DNA of 64,000 bases from Ramazzottius varieornatus. Lineage: Eukaryota > Animalia > Tardigrada. Location: positions 1,550,001-1,614,000 of the forward strand of contig BDGG01000008.1 of assembly GCA_001949185.1 (NCBI GenBank), read 5' to 3'. The notes beneath the pieces are model-generated. The model worked only from the letters and a program-made list of their open reading frames with translations, ran no database searches and was not told the DNA's origin. Positions 36,130 through 47,800 of this stretch are shown here, one piece after another. The position numbers and the translations under genes were made by a program. How positions within the stretch are numbered: the first letter of the stretch is position 1; each line of letters starts with the position of its first letter.

Positions 36130-36794
36130 GTTACTGACTGATCTCTGTTCCATTTGCCGATGGGGAGTTCTTTTGGCTTCCGAGTCACTTCTTCGTGTAA
36201 CTTTTGTGGATTTTTGAACGGCCGATGGTCCTCGATCACTTGAAGAGACAAACTTGCCGTTTCATAAAGTTCAGATCTACTCTTGATCATCCCGCTGTCG
36301 GGGAAGATCAACTGATAGGACCTCTGATACCCGCTATGTACGACCCACCATACAGTCATACGAGTGAACCAGTCCCGGGTAGCGAGAACGCGGCAGAGGA
36401 GCTGAGCGGCGATGAGCTGCCAATCAGTCGAACGCAAGCTGTAAGTATAACACACGGTCAAGCGGTCTTGCCACTGATCACCTGATTGTGCACGCTTGGC
36501 GTGACTGTGATCGAGTGATTGGCAGCTGATCGCTGATTAGCTCGTCTGCCGTGTTCTCCTTACCCGGGACTGATTCACGCGTACGACCGACTGCAGGCTC
36601 GTACATAACGGGTGTCAGAGATCCTATCAGTTGATCCTCCCCGACACTGGCCTACAGCGGGACGATCAAGAGTGCATTTCGACTTTATGAAACGGCACTT
36701 TATCGTCCATCCACAAAAGATGGACGATAAAGTGGCCAGGAGGCCAAAAGTACTTCCCATCGGCAAATGAAACAGAGCTTAGCTAGTCAGTCAC
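36130..36794. mobile_element. ~660-bp foldback element with long diverged inverted arms
   Basis: 36143-36340 pairs with 36600-36777 (CTCTGTTCCATTTGCCGATGG.. / ..CCATCGGCAAATGAAACAGAG; GATCAACTGATAGGA / TCCTATCAGTTGATC). Confidence 0.75.
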
Positions 36795-39700
36795 TCCATA
36801 CAGTTGAAAGTAAGTTTACACAGTAGGGGAAAGCTACTATCAAGTGGGGAAGTATGACTTGTCGGTTTTCGAGGGGACACTCTAACTTTCATTTTGCAAA
36901 CTTGATTTTCGGTTTATCGATTCTCTCCCATGTCTGGCGTTTTCAACCGACATTCCCCATTCTTTCACAGCAGGACTAAAGTTAACATGTTGACAACTGT
37001 GAGAGAAAGCCGATTTTAAGGTCACACGAGGAAGCTTTTCCGCCCTGTTTTCAGAATTTTTTCTTCTGGATATGGATTAGCTGACTCCAGTACGAAATGT
37101 ATCATTCTGTAAGACTAAGTTAGGTCTCTCTGCTGATAGTCAGAAGTCCACATATTAAGACTTCTGGAATTTAGAGAACAGGACTCTCTGTTTTACCGAG
37201 TGCAGAAACCATCTGCGAGTGAGGTAGCAAGAACTAAATTTTTTCTCACTCGCGTACTTCTAGAAAAGTTTTGGTATGCTGTTCAATAGACATCCCAGAG
37301 TATGTTGTATCTTTGGGCAGTGAACGCTCTTCAAGGATACTGGGCACTGTTTTAGGGAGAGAACTTGTCCGATTATAGTTTTAAGGTACTAGCACATTTT
37401 TGGAGGGATTTGGGCGCTCACGAAAATTGGTCTCCCGAAAGTACCGGGATTTTGACAATCCGCCTCCGTTAAAACGACCTTACAACTCGCGAAGTAAGAG
37501 TGTATTGGATGGTCTAGAGAAAATCTGGAAGCCGATGGATGGTAGATGAATTTGCAAAAAGTGCGGGAGCAAAAGGTAGGGTCGAACGGGAGAGAAAGAT
37601 TTTCGAAGCTGGTGCGCGAAAAAAGTCGACAAGTCATTCTTTTCCACCTAATATAAAATTAATGCAGAAATATTTGCTCAATTGGTCAAGCACTTGCCGA
37701 AATCGAGCAAACTTTCCGGTAAATTTAAATGCACGATTCCGAGTCCTCAAACCACGTCAGCAATCACCTTGAGCGGCGTACACTTTCGAAGCCGTAGCGA
37801 AACCAGTTGGATGATCACTGGTATCAAGACCAATGCAAACCTCGTGATCCGTCGATAAAACGGATCAGATCACACACAGCATCGCGCTTCTATCACTGTA
37901 ACTCATGTTCGAGTCAATCGCATGACGCAAGCTCGACTCAAGCCACTCCCCACATCGCGGATGTAGTATTGTAATGCTTCATAAACTTCATGAATTACGT
38001 TATAGCCACTTTTAATAATTCAAAACGCCGTCGTGCCCGCCGCGATTACATGTACAGTCCTACCTGTGAGATGTGACAATTGCTTCTTCTGCAACCGAAC
38101 AGCGTCTCTGCACGAGACTGCTGGCCATGCACTGCGCAGCATTATCAGCTGATCGACGTCCGGCTATGGCTTGACTTGATCAAGTAATCAAGTGTCTGAT
38201 CAGCTGATCGGTCTCATGCGAACAGCATACCGAGCAGCCCCGTGTACACACGTACCGTTCGGAACTGAAATCGGGCGTTTGAACTGTCACATCTCACAGG
38301 TAGGACTGTACATGGTCTGTATCATACGAGTGCTATACGACGGCGTACGTTTCTCTGCCAGCAAGCACAGCGCACAGACAACGTTGCCAATAGTTTAGGC
38401 AAGTTGCACTGAGAGGAGATGCCGGAAGAGCTTGCCAGACTGCTGTGTGAGTCAGTAGTTTGCGGCAGTATGGGAAGCTCTTTCGGGCACCAGTCCAAAG
38501 ACTGCGAGCATGTATCAGTCAGAGCGATCAAACGATCGCATACGAGCCCTTGTACGTCACCCTACACAGGCGTCAGGCGTGCTGATACGTCCAGTTCTGA
38601 ACAGCCAGTCAAAAAGTCAGCCTAATAAAACCGGCTACAATTTACGTCTTAGTGAGCGTGTGCTGTATGCTGTACTGATTGATCATCGTACATTGGTTGA
38701 TACGACTCTAGGCTTTTCAAAATTGAGCAGACCCCTCTTCCATCCGCCGCTGGCTCCTCAATTTTGTGACATCTTCCTTGAATCCTTTATCTAGGCCTAT
38801 CCCGAGAGATAGAGGACTGTCTGTTCTATCCCGGGGAACACAACCTAGGCAATTTGAAGCAGAAGGACCTGAGATACAGACCGCCCGAATTCTGAAGTTT
38901 AACTCGTACCCGTAAACCCCCACGCGCCCTGTGACGTCACTTCGCGAAGTTCTTGCGAAGTAATGAAGGTTACTGTAAAGTAATGAACTTTCGGCCTTCG
39001 GATCAAGACGTCAGTCGAGCGAGCTGCACCGAATCGAAGTAATGACAAGAAACGGAGTCAAACATAGTTCAAATCGAATCTCAATCGAAGTCGTACCTGG
39101 ATTAATATTATCATGTGTCAACCAATCAGAAGTTGGGGCCAATGACCTTGCGGACCCGTAACTTTAATGACGGGCTGAGAGAAAACTCGATATTGGTTCG
39201 TACAATGATTTCGTGTTGTTCGTCGTGTTGGCTCACATGATGGGTGGAGTGGAATATGTCCAACTAGCTATCAAACCATGTAGCTACATGGTTTGATAGC
39301 TATCGAAACCATGGATGCCGCGTGCCTTACGAAGTTCATGCCATGATCCTAGGAGAGGTGCACCCCACCCCAAAGACAGCTTATCCCTAAAACAAATTCT
39401 GGACCCCCAAGTAGAAAATCCTCGGTGGACCCCTGAGTTTCACCGCCGCTTGTCAAGGTTGCACCTCCTACTATCGGATCATGGCACGAACGTTTTGACT
39501 GCCGCCATCCATGATCGATTCAACAACCTATCAGTTTGTGTAACTTGATCAAACACCTGCACCTGTACTTTTTCATGTAGGCTCGAATGTGGCCTACATC
39601 GAAACAGTCGGTTCCTACTCAAGCCGCAGCATGCAAGTATAGACACGTCAGTCATAAAGTCGTGTGATCAGTAAGTTTTCCTGTACGAAATAACCACGCC

Positions 39701-39948
39701 CACCGGTTTTCTGTTTTTGTGTGGTTAGGCGGAAGTAGAAACCGACCGGTAACCGCCGGGGCCGCCCATAGTGAAGACCAAGGCCTGATGGGAGCTGACA
39801 AACGAACTGACAAGATTGTTTTCCCTATTGGCACTTTTTCAGTCAAATTCGCAGGGTATGTGCGCCACTTGGATAAATGATCCAAGTGGCGGGTTTATGT
39901 TTCTGTCGCGGATAACCTTGGGACTTAAACGATGTTTTCTGCTCGCAG

Positions 39949-40864
39949 CTAGGGCGCGGAACCTATTCGAGTTGGACGCCAGAGTTATACCCAGTGAATT
40001 TCGGAAGTTAGTTTAGTTTTCGATTGCCGGCGAAGACGCAGCGCATTTTCGCTGGTCTTGACGTCGAAGACCCGCCGGCAAAACCTGGTCACATCTACCG
40101 GACGACTCCCGCACCGCCTCGAACTTTTCTGTCCCGAAACTCGTCTTTCAACCTGAACACCCGCCGGAGGCTGGCGCAGTACCAAAGGCGGTGCTTGGGA
40201 CTTAAGTCTTCGAAGAAAGCGAGAACGGGCTGGCACGAGTACAGTACTGTAGTGCTACCAAATTATCGCGCACTGAACAACGTGACGAGTCATCGCTGCT
40301 CAGCGTGATCAGATGTTTCAGTCTAGCCTAGCTGAGTCTCACCCGGGCATCATTTACTGTTCACGTGGTTCAGTGCGCGATAATTTGGTAGCAGCACAGT
40401 ATATGAAAGGCTTGGTGCGGTACTCTGCTGCAGGCGAAGCACGCTACACGAGATCGTTGGTGGAACGGCAAGGAACACAGTCTAAATGACCATCCTTTAC
40501 GCCGAACTGACGAAAGCAAGCTTTGGTACTCGTATACGGATTTCGTAAGTCATGATGGCATGCAAACGTGCAAAAGGTTTTTATTGCAGAACGTGTGGAG
40601 TGCTTATTCAAAATGCCTAAGATCACTACTGTACAGATGCTAAAGTCCTTGACGACCCTTCTGGAGCGCCAGCTTGAAGTCTACGACAAGAGAACCAACC
40701 GCTGTCACTTTCCCGATCTCGACGAACGACCAAAGCCGGAAGCGTTGGTTCTGCTGGAAGAGCAAGAATACTGGCTGAAGCCGGCGCCCGATCGGACAAG
40801 CTGCGGCGTGAGGAAGCTTTCGGCGGGAAGCTACGCTGGGTTTTCGTCTTTGATGATGTATTAA
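39949..40864 (+). pseudogene. Third, decayed copy of the repeat-domain (BEN-like) gene, interrupted by a MITE
   Basis: RARNLFELDARVIPSEFRKLV* matches RARKTLNLDDTIALKEFRAFV*; DPPAKPGHIYRTTPAPPRTFL matches DPPAKLGHNYWTTAAPHRTAL; HFPDLDERPKPEALVLLEEQEYWLKPAPDRT is near-identical to ~30405-30500; truncated after that. Confidence 0.8.
40242..40399. mobile_element. 158-bp MITE flanked by a TA duplication
   Basis: TIR (TA)CTGTAGTGCTACCAAATTATCGCGCACTGAAC / GTTCAGTGCGCGATAATTTGGTAGCAGCACAG(TA); removing it and one TA restores W-H-E-Y-M-K-G-L-V, aligning with WPAYLKALV of the 29851 exon. Confidence 0.85.
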
Positions 40865-42260
40865 TCAAACTTCATATGAAAAAATCACTTCGCACTTTGT
40901 ACTTTCCTTTTATGCGTGTGAGAACATGCCTAGAGATATCAGATTGTTAATTTTGATGAGGGGGACTCGATGACCAACGCGAACCCCTGCGCACCCACAG
41001 ATAACGATTGACCAGTTGTCGCCCTTTTGCTCACCAGTTGCCCCTGTAGAAAGGGTAAGCCCTTGGGAAGGGTCCACGCGAACCGTATTTCATAAACTAA
41101 CGTGGCAAGCCGTAATGCGTTGCAGCGTCGGTTCATTACACGCCAAATAGTGGTCGGCACTTGGCCGCGATATCTTGCCAGGTAGGAGGCTGCTTAGACG
41201 GCATCTTCGTCACCAGGACGCTAACTCTTTTTCGCCACAACTTCCATCTTCCCGATTCCCCGCGACTCCTCTCCTCGTTTTGAGTTACTGTGCAGTGTGT
41301 CTTGGTTTGTGCTGCCATACGGAGCTTCAAAGCAAGCGTTCCACGCAAAAACCACGCAGTAATCAAGGCGGTTCAAAGTCCACTGATAAGGGCTACCCAC
41401 CCTAAGGATGCCCATTCCGCCTGACTTGCTTGCTGGAATTCGGAAAGGAATTCTCAATTTTCCTATGTTCCGTTCTTTGTTTCCTGAAACGGCTCAACCA
41501 GAAATCGGAATTCCAATACGGCAGTTCAAAACCAGTCGGGAGCTCGGTTTAGGCCCGTCTAACAAGCTCAGCAAGATCGTTTCCAAGTGGTGCACGAATC
41601 CAGCCAGTTACAATGACAACGTGCGCCACTTCGAGATCGTTTTTGTCGAGTTTGTTTGCTCTGCTACTATGTAGTGAGCAAACACGACACCAAAACGACC
41701 GATTGGCGCAAAAAACGGGAATTCCGCTGTGCAAAACCAGATTTTGATAAGCGGAATTCCGGTCAAAAGTTCGTTTCCATGTACGCAAGACAAACACTGC
41801 GCCAAATACTATAGCGATTAAGTTGCCACTCCCGTTCACTTTGCAACTGTAGCTACGGACTTGCTCCGCCCCTTTCGTGACGTGTAACTACATTTTGCTT
41901 TCCGGAGCTCCCCTTATTTTCGAAAAATAGCGTAATCGGAGTTGCAGTTGGCTAGCATTGCGAAGCATGGTGGCTGCCCAACTATTCAAAGTTCTGATCA
42001 GCTGCTGTGCTTATGAGTGACGTTGCAACTCATCTTAGCTACAATGGGACTTTCATCTGGCGATGGCAACTTAATGTTTGTACCGGTACTTTCTGCCGCG
42101 CTCCAGGAGTCCAGGTACTCAAGTGGGAGACCGGCATACGAAACGTGCAAGATGGTCATCTCAAGTGGCGCACTGTTTTGTTGTTATTGACCGGCAGCGT
42201 GCGCCACTAAAGATAACAATCTTGACTATTCCGTTTGCCGGCCTCCGCAGAACGGGGATA

Positions 42261-43764
42261 AGTTGCTGGAAGAAACGGTGCTGAAAGATAGCCGAATCGA
42301 GCAAGTTGTATACGAACTGATCACTTCCGCCTTGTACAAGGAGCGCGTTGCTGCTATTGAGCAGTTCAACATAGCCAACAGGTGGCGCAAACGGGGCATT
42401 GTGATGGAACCCATGAGGTTCCCGGTGGAATGGACATACTGCATCTTCAAATGTCTCATTGCGATCTACCACGAAGGTGGGACCATCGCAGTGACCCACG
42501 GAGTAATTGAGATGGGACAAGGCATCAACACCAAGGCAAGTCAGTGTACCGTCTGGTCGGTTTTTTGTCGGTTGAATTTTCCATTCGTAATCGTAGGTCG
42601 TCCAAGCTATTGCGTATGAACTGGGCGTGGAAATGCGCGAATTCAAGTACAACCGACGATGGCCATCACCAATGCGAATGCCAGAGGAACTTTTGGCAGC
42701 GTGTCTACGGAAATTGTCTGCTTGGTAATGTCAGCGTGAAAAAAAATGAATCCACTCTACATATATTGGCATTACGTTCCCGTTTACTGTAGGCTGCCAT
42801 CGATTGCTGCCGTCAGCTTAACGATCGTCTCAAGCCGGTGCGAGATGCAAATCCTAACGTGAAATGAGAGAAAATCATTGAGAACTGCCATAGGAAAGGC
42901 ATAGATCTTACTGCAAGAACATGGTGCGCCGCTTGATTCATACGGAAGGCGGTATATGTGCTTATTAGAATATCTAATCTGACAAAAACCATAGCGTTTG
43001 TCTTTAGGACGAACCCCGAGCCCACGGAGCGCATCGTCTATAACACGTTCTGCGCATCATGCACCGAGGTCAAAGTCGACATTTTGACGGGCGAATACCA
43101 GATTTGCGCTTAGACTGCCTGTATGACTATAGTGAATGCATCTCACCGTACGTTGGTAAGTGCCTTCGACAGACCATAGGTTCCTTATCCAGTTATTGGA
43201 GATTTCCACAGATACCGGCCAGTTCGAGGAAGCTATCGTCATGGGTTTGGGCTATTACATGACCGAAGAAATTCGGTTCCATCCGAAGACCGGGGAAAAC
43301 TTGACATTCGGCACATGGAAATACAAGCCACCCTTCGCCCCATCGAATTTCGAGTGTCTTTGCTGAAGAACGCACCGAACCCTAGCGGCGTCCTTCGAAA
43401 CAAACGTAAGATCCATTTTTAGCATCGTTGTTCGATATGATGGAATGGCAAGAACTGTTTTACAGTAATGCAAGAGCCGCCGTTGTGTTGCTCGGCTTCG
43501 GTGGTGTTCGCTTTGAGACAAGCCATTCAAATTGGTCGGAACGATGCCGGAATGAAGGACTGGTTCGCTAACGGTAAGAGTCGGGTATTTGTGCATTGTT
43601 AGTCCCGTAATGGGAGGGTACGGATATTAATTCCGTGTCATGCCTGCATGCATGCCAGGTATCTATATAATATGCTGCATTTCGTTTCAGATGTGCCGAT
43701 GACTGTGGAGAGGGTGTAGCAATACGCGCAAACCCGGTTGGAGGACCTGGTGTACAAACCATGA
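42261..43764 (+). pseudogene. 3' partial duplicate of the adjacent aldehyde oxidase gene
   Basis: Same exon order and motifs as 49420-50977 (NRWRKRGI, HEGGTIAVTHG, MGLGYYMTEE, QEPPLC, DLVYKP*) with premature stops (TGA ~42866, TAG ~43718) and frameshifts; no 5' exons. Confidence 0.88.
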
Positions 43765-43914
43765 GCCCAATGTGAAAGTATAAGCTTCTGAACGAGGTAT
43801 GCAAGTATCCCGCTGCAGCATGGTGTATACGCGTTAGCGGCGGTTCTTCTCGAGAGAAAGCCTCTAATGCCGCACCTCATTTTCTTTGTTTTCGCACTTT
43901 TCTCCCGTTTTATT

Positions 43915-44063
43915 TACTGTAAAACTTCGCTGCATCCGCGAAGTACACGTACGTGACGTTGCACCCCGTAGGCGTAGGGGGTTGCACAAACAGGGGAAGC
44001 CGGACTGAAGCTGTACTTCACGTGTACGACGACGCGTTGCGCGGACGCAGTGAGTTTTCACAT
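43915..44063. mobile_element. Diverged copy of the 27305-27445 MITE (opposite orientation)
   Basis: TACTGTAAAACTTCGCTGCATCCGCGAAGTAC ... GCGCGGACGCAGTGAGTTTTCACA inverted arms and shared internal sequence. Confidence 0.7.
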
Positions 44064-44805
44064 TGTGTTCCATTCCGCGTATGTTGCATGTACTGTGTAG
44101 TGGAAAAAGTGCTCGAAATGTTCAGGCGTCCACTGAAACTGATTTTTATTTTGGTTTTTTTTTTGTCCGACAAACAACGACGGCAGACTTTCGGCCCGCG
44201 GGTATCTCGAGACATAACATTGTTCCTTACCGTGAGTTTTCCGCCTCCGTACGTTACGGTGCGGTACGGTACGTCTGCTCGTGTTCACGCGGTCCACTAG
44301 ATGTACACGCACGACGAGAGAATATGGGCCAGTGAAAATTATGGATCAGGCGGAAAAGACTGCGAAACACAATTTCAACCGGAGGAAAGTGTCAGAAAGT
44401 GCATTAGTGTGACTCAGTCGCGTACTTACATGCTTCCGTACCACCGTAGCGAAAAGGCCTGGTCCATCGTTTTTACTGGCCATAATTTCTCGTCGTGCGT
44501 GTACAGTACGCGTACCACTGCATGTTTCTTTGAGACTTTGACTCGCTGGCGACAAGGTAAATATGGAAAAAACAGTCGATCGCTGGCGTTGTACACCGAA
44601 GGTCGCAATCACAGCTGTTTGTTAAGGAAAACGCCCGGCAGCGTTTTATTGCATGATCGTAATCCAAGTTGAATGTGTTTGGGTTCCGTTTCATTGTTGA
44701 ACATGTTCTAAATCCTCAACTTATTCTTCTGTCGTTTTATCTCGTCCAAGTATCCCTCAGTTCCCGAACAAAAAGGACCTTTCAGCCACTAAGTTTCCGC
44801 TGAAA

Positions 44806-47800
44806 ATGACGCCACCGGTGTCCGCTGACGTGCTGCCAGCGGAAGAGAAGATCACTGTAACCATCAATGGAGTCAAGTACAACGGTGAGTTCCGCAGTCC
44901 CTTGACTTTCTGCTCAAGGCCTCATTCTACCCGATCATTTTCTTCTACAGTCCCTACAACCTTTTCGGAAGTGTCCTTGGCGACTTATGTCAGGCGCCAT
45001 CTACATTTGACCGGGACCAAGTTGATGTGCCGCGAAGGCGGCTGCGGAATATGTACAGTTCACGTTGCGCATCCTGACGCAAGCGGACAGATCGTCCAAC
45101 GCTCCATCAATTCCGTAAGTGAAGGAAAACGAGTCTGCCTTGTTTGCCCTAGTAGGGGCGGAACATCTGGTTGACCTCTCGACTTCTGAATACTGTTTAG
45201 TGTTTGTGCCCAATATTGTCATGCGATGGATGGGAAGTGACGACGGTGGAGGGAATCGGCAGCCAGGAGAAGCCCCATCCAGTCCAGCAAGCCTTGACAG
45301 ACCATTACGGCACACAGTGCGGATTCTGCACACCTGGATGGATCATGACCATGTACAGGTAAAGTACAGCCTTTGTGCTACTAAAGGTTTTTTGGGCGAG
45401 CCATCGCTTTATGCAAGTGCTCGTGCCAGCTTGATTGTTGGCTTATCGATGCAAAATTGTTGACTAAATTGTTCCCTCTGTAACCGGTTTTTACAGTCTA
45501 CTGCAAAACAGTTCAGGGAGATCGTTAACCAAACAGCAAATCGAGAACAATATGGACGGCAACTATTGTCGGTGCACCGGTACGTACTTGTCAAACCTGC
45601 ATCCGTATGTTCAGTGCACCGCTAACCAGGGGACCAAGGTGACCCTGAGACCCCAAACTCCCACAAATTTTCAGGTTGATAGTACTGAAGCTTGGTCGAT
45701 GTTTTAAGGTACTTTCAACTGCCGCTTAAAAGCATTTGGCCAGGGAGAAAATTTTGAAGTCAGAGGTCTCACATTGGTTTCAAGAGGGTTTCACGCGTTC
45801 AAAATTTTCTCCCTGGCCAAAGGTTTTTACCAGCAGTTGAAAGTACCTTGAAACATCAGCCAAGATGCAGTGCTATCGACGGAAAAAGTTGAGGGAAGTG
45901 TGGAGTGTCAGGTTTACCTTCGTCCCCATGTAAGCCTCTGTCGGTTGAGCACTAGACGCCTGACTGTTCTTCGTGTGCACTTAGGGTACCGTCCAATCTT
46001 GGACGCTTTCAAGACCTTCGCCCAAGACGGTGTTAATGCTAACGCAGCTGTCTGCGACCTCGAGGTAGGCACCTAGTTGCAACTCCGTTTTGGATCGACT
46101 TAAACGAAATCATCAGAAGTACGAGCGACAGCTCTGTCACGTAGTGTTATTTGAGCCTCTTTGCACAGTGCTTATTAGGATGTGGGTAGTAAGACTTGTA
46201 AGACGACTGGTGGACCTTGCCACGGAAAGTGCGCCGACTTCCGAGCTGGTTCACCATACGTGGCCGCACTTGCGATGGAAGCTGCCATGATTGCACCACC
46301 GTGGTACAAGCCGACAACGCTGGATGAACTGTACAAGAAGGCCGAAGAGCTGGCCGGCAAGAATGTTTACTATGTCGTGGGCCACACAGGAAAGGGCGTG
46401 TACAATGACTATCCATATGATGCCTACGTCGACTTGAAAGGTATTGCGGCCTTGTCCGGTGTGACCAAGACGGATAAAGTCCTGACCATCGCCGCCAACA
46501 CTCCACTGACGGACGTCATTTCAACATTCAACCAGACGGCATCCACTTCCGGTTTCAAATACTTGACCACACTGGCTGCTATCATTAGCAAGACAGCTCA
46601 TACTTCCGTCCGAAATGTACGTGAAGCTCTAAAGTTCCCTCTACTAGTTGGGACCGATCCGTCTTACTGAAAGAAACGTACTTCCAGGCTGGTTCGTGGG
46701 CCGGAAACCTGGCGTTGAAAAATCAACATCATGACTTTCCGTCAGATACATACACCGCTTTCACTATGGCTGGGACCCAGTTGATGATCGGTCCGGAGAA
46801 CAAACTGTACAGTATGGAGGACTTTCTCACTTTCGATCTTAAGGGCAAATTCATCCTTCAGGCGCACTTTCCCACCTACTCGGATGACTACGTATTTCGT
46901 ACCTATAAAATCATGCCAAGAGCCACGGTAAGCAAAAGATGATGAGAAAACGGACGCGTGCCAATGCTTGACAAGTCTTGCTTCAGAATGCCCACGCACT
47001 GGTGGAAGCTGGATTCCGAGCGAAGCTGGATAAGGGGCAACAGGGCCAAGTCGTCATCACCGAAAGACCGGCGCTAATTTTTGCAAACATCAACGATGAG
47101 TTTGTATGTTTCAATATATTTTTTTCCATCCAATATGAAGATTCGTGCTGCTGCAATTCTGGTCAGCTGAAGAGTATAGCATGACAATCAATCAACCATC
47201 CATCCGTTTTGTGGGTTGCAGGTCCATGCAAAAGCCACGGAGGATTTTCTGACAGGAAAGAACATCGCCGACCCGCAACTGCTGAAAGGTGCTTTGACCA
47301 CGCTCCAAAACGAAGTCCAGCCCAAAGAAGATCCAGCCGAGGCTTCGGTAGAATACCGTCGCTCCTTGGCTGTCTCGTTGTTCTACAAGTTTGCGCTGGA
47401 GTTGGTCGGAGACTTGGCCGATGCCCGCTACAAAACGGCAGTGGGCTCGCTGGTTCGTCCGGTCTCTTCCGGAAGTCAGTCGTTCGAGACCAAGCAGGAA
47501 AACTGGCCAATCACACAAGCCATCCCTAAACTAGAGTCTATGGTTCAGTGTACCGGGGAAGCCAAATACATCAGCGATATCGAGACGGAAGGCATCCTTC
47601 GCGCGGCTTTCGTCCTGACGACCCAGGCCAACGCCTCGATATACCGGCTTGATGCAACCGCTGCGATGGTTCGTACCATTCTCTTCGTTACTATACAGCC
47701 CACGAGCAATGGAAGATAACAGTACCCGGTCTGACCGCTCTCCGTGACGAGAACCGTTCTATCTTGCAGGCATTACCGGGAGTTTTGAGAGTGATCACAG

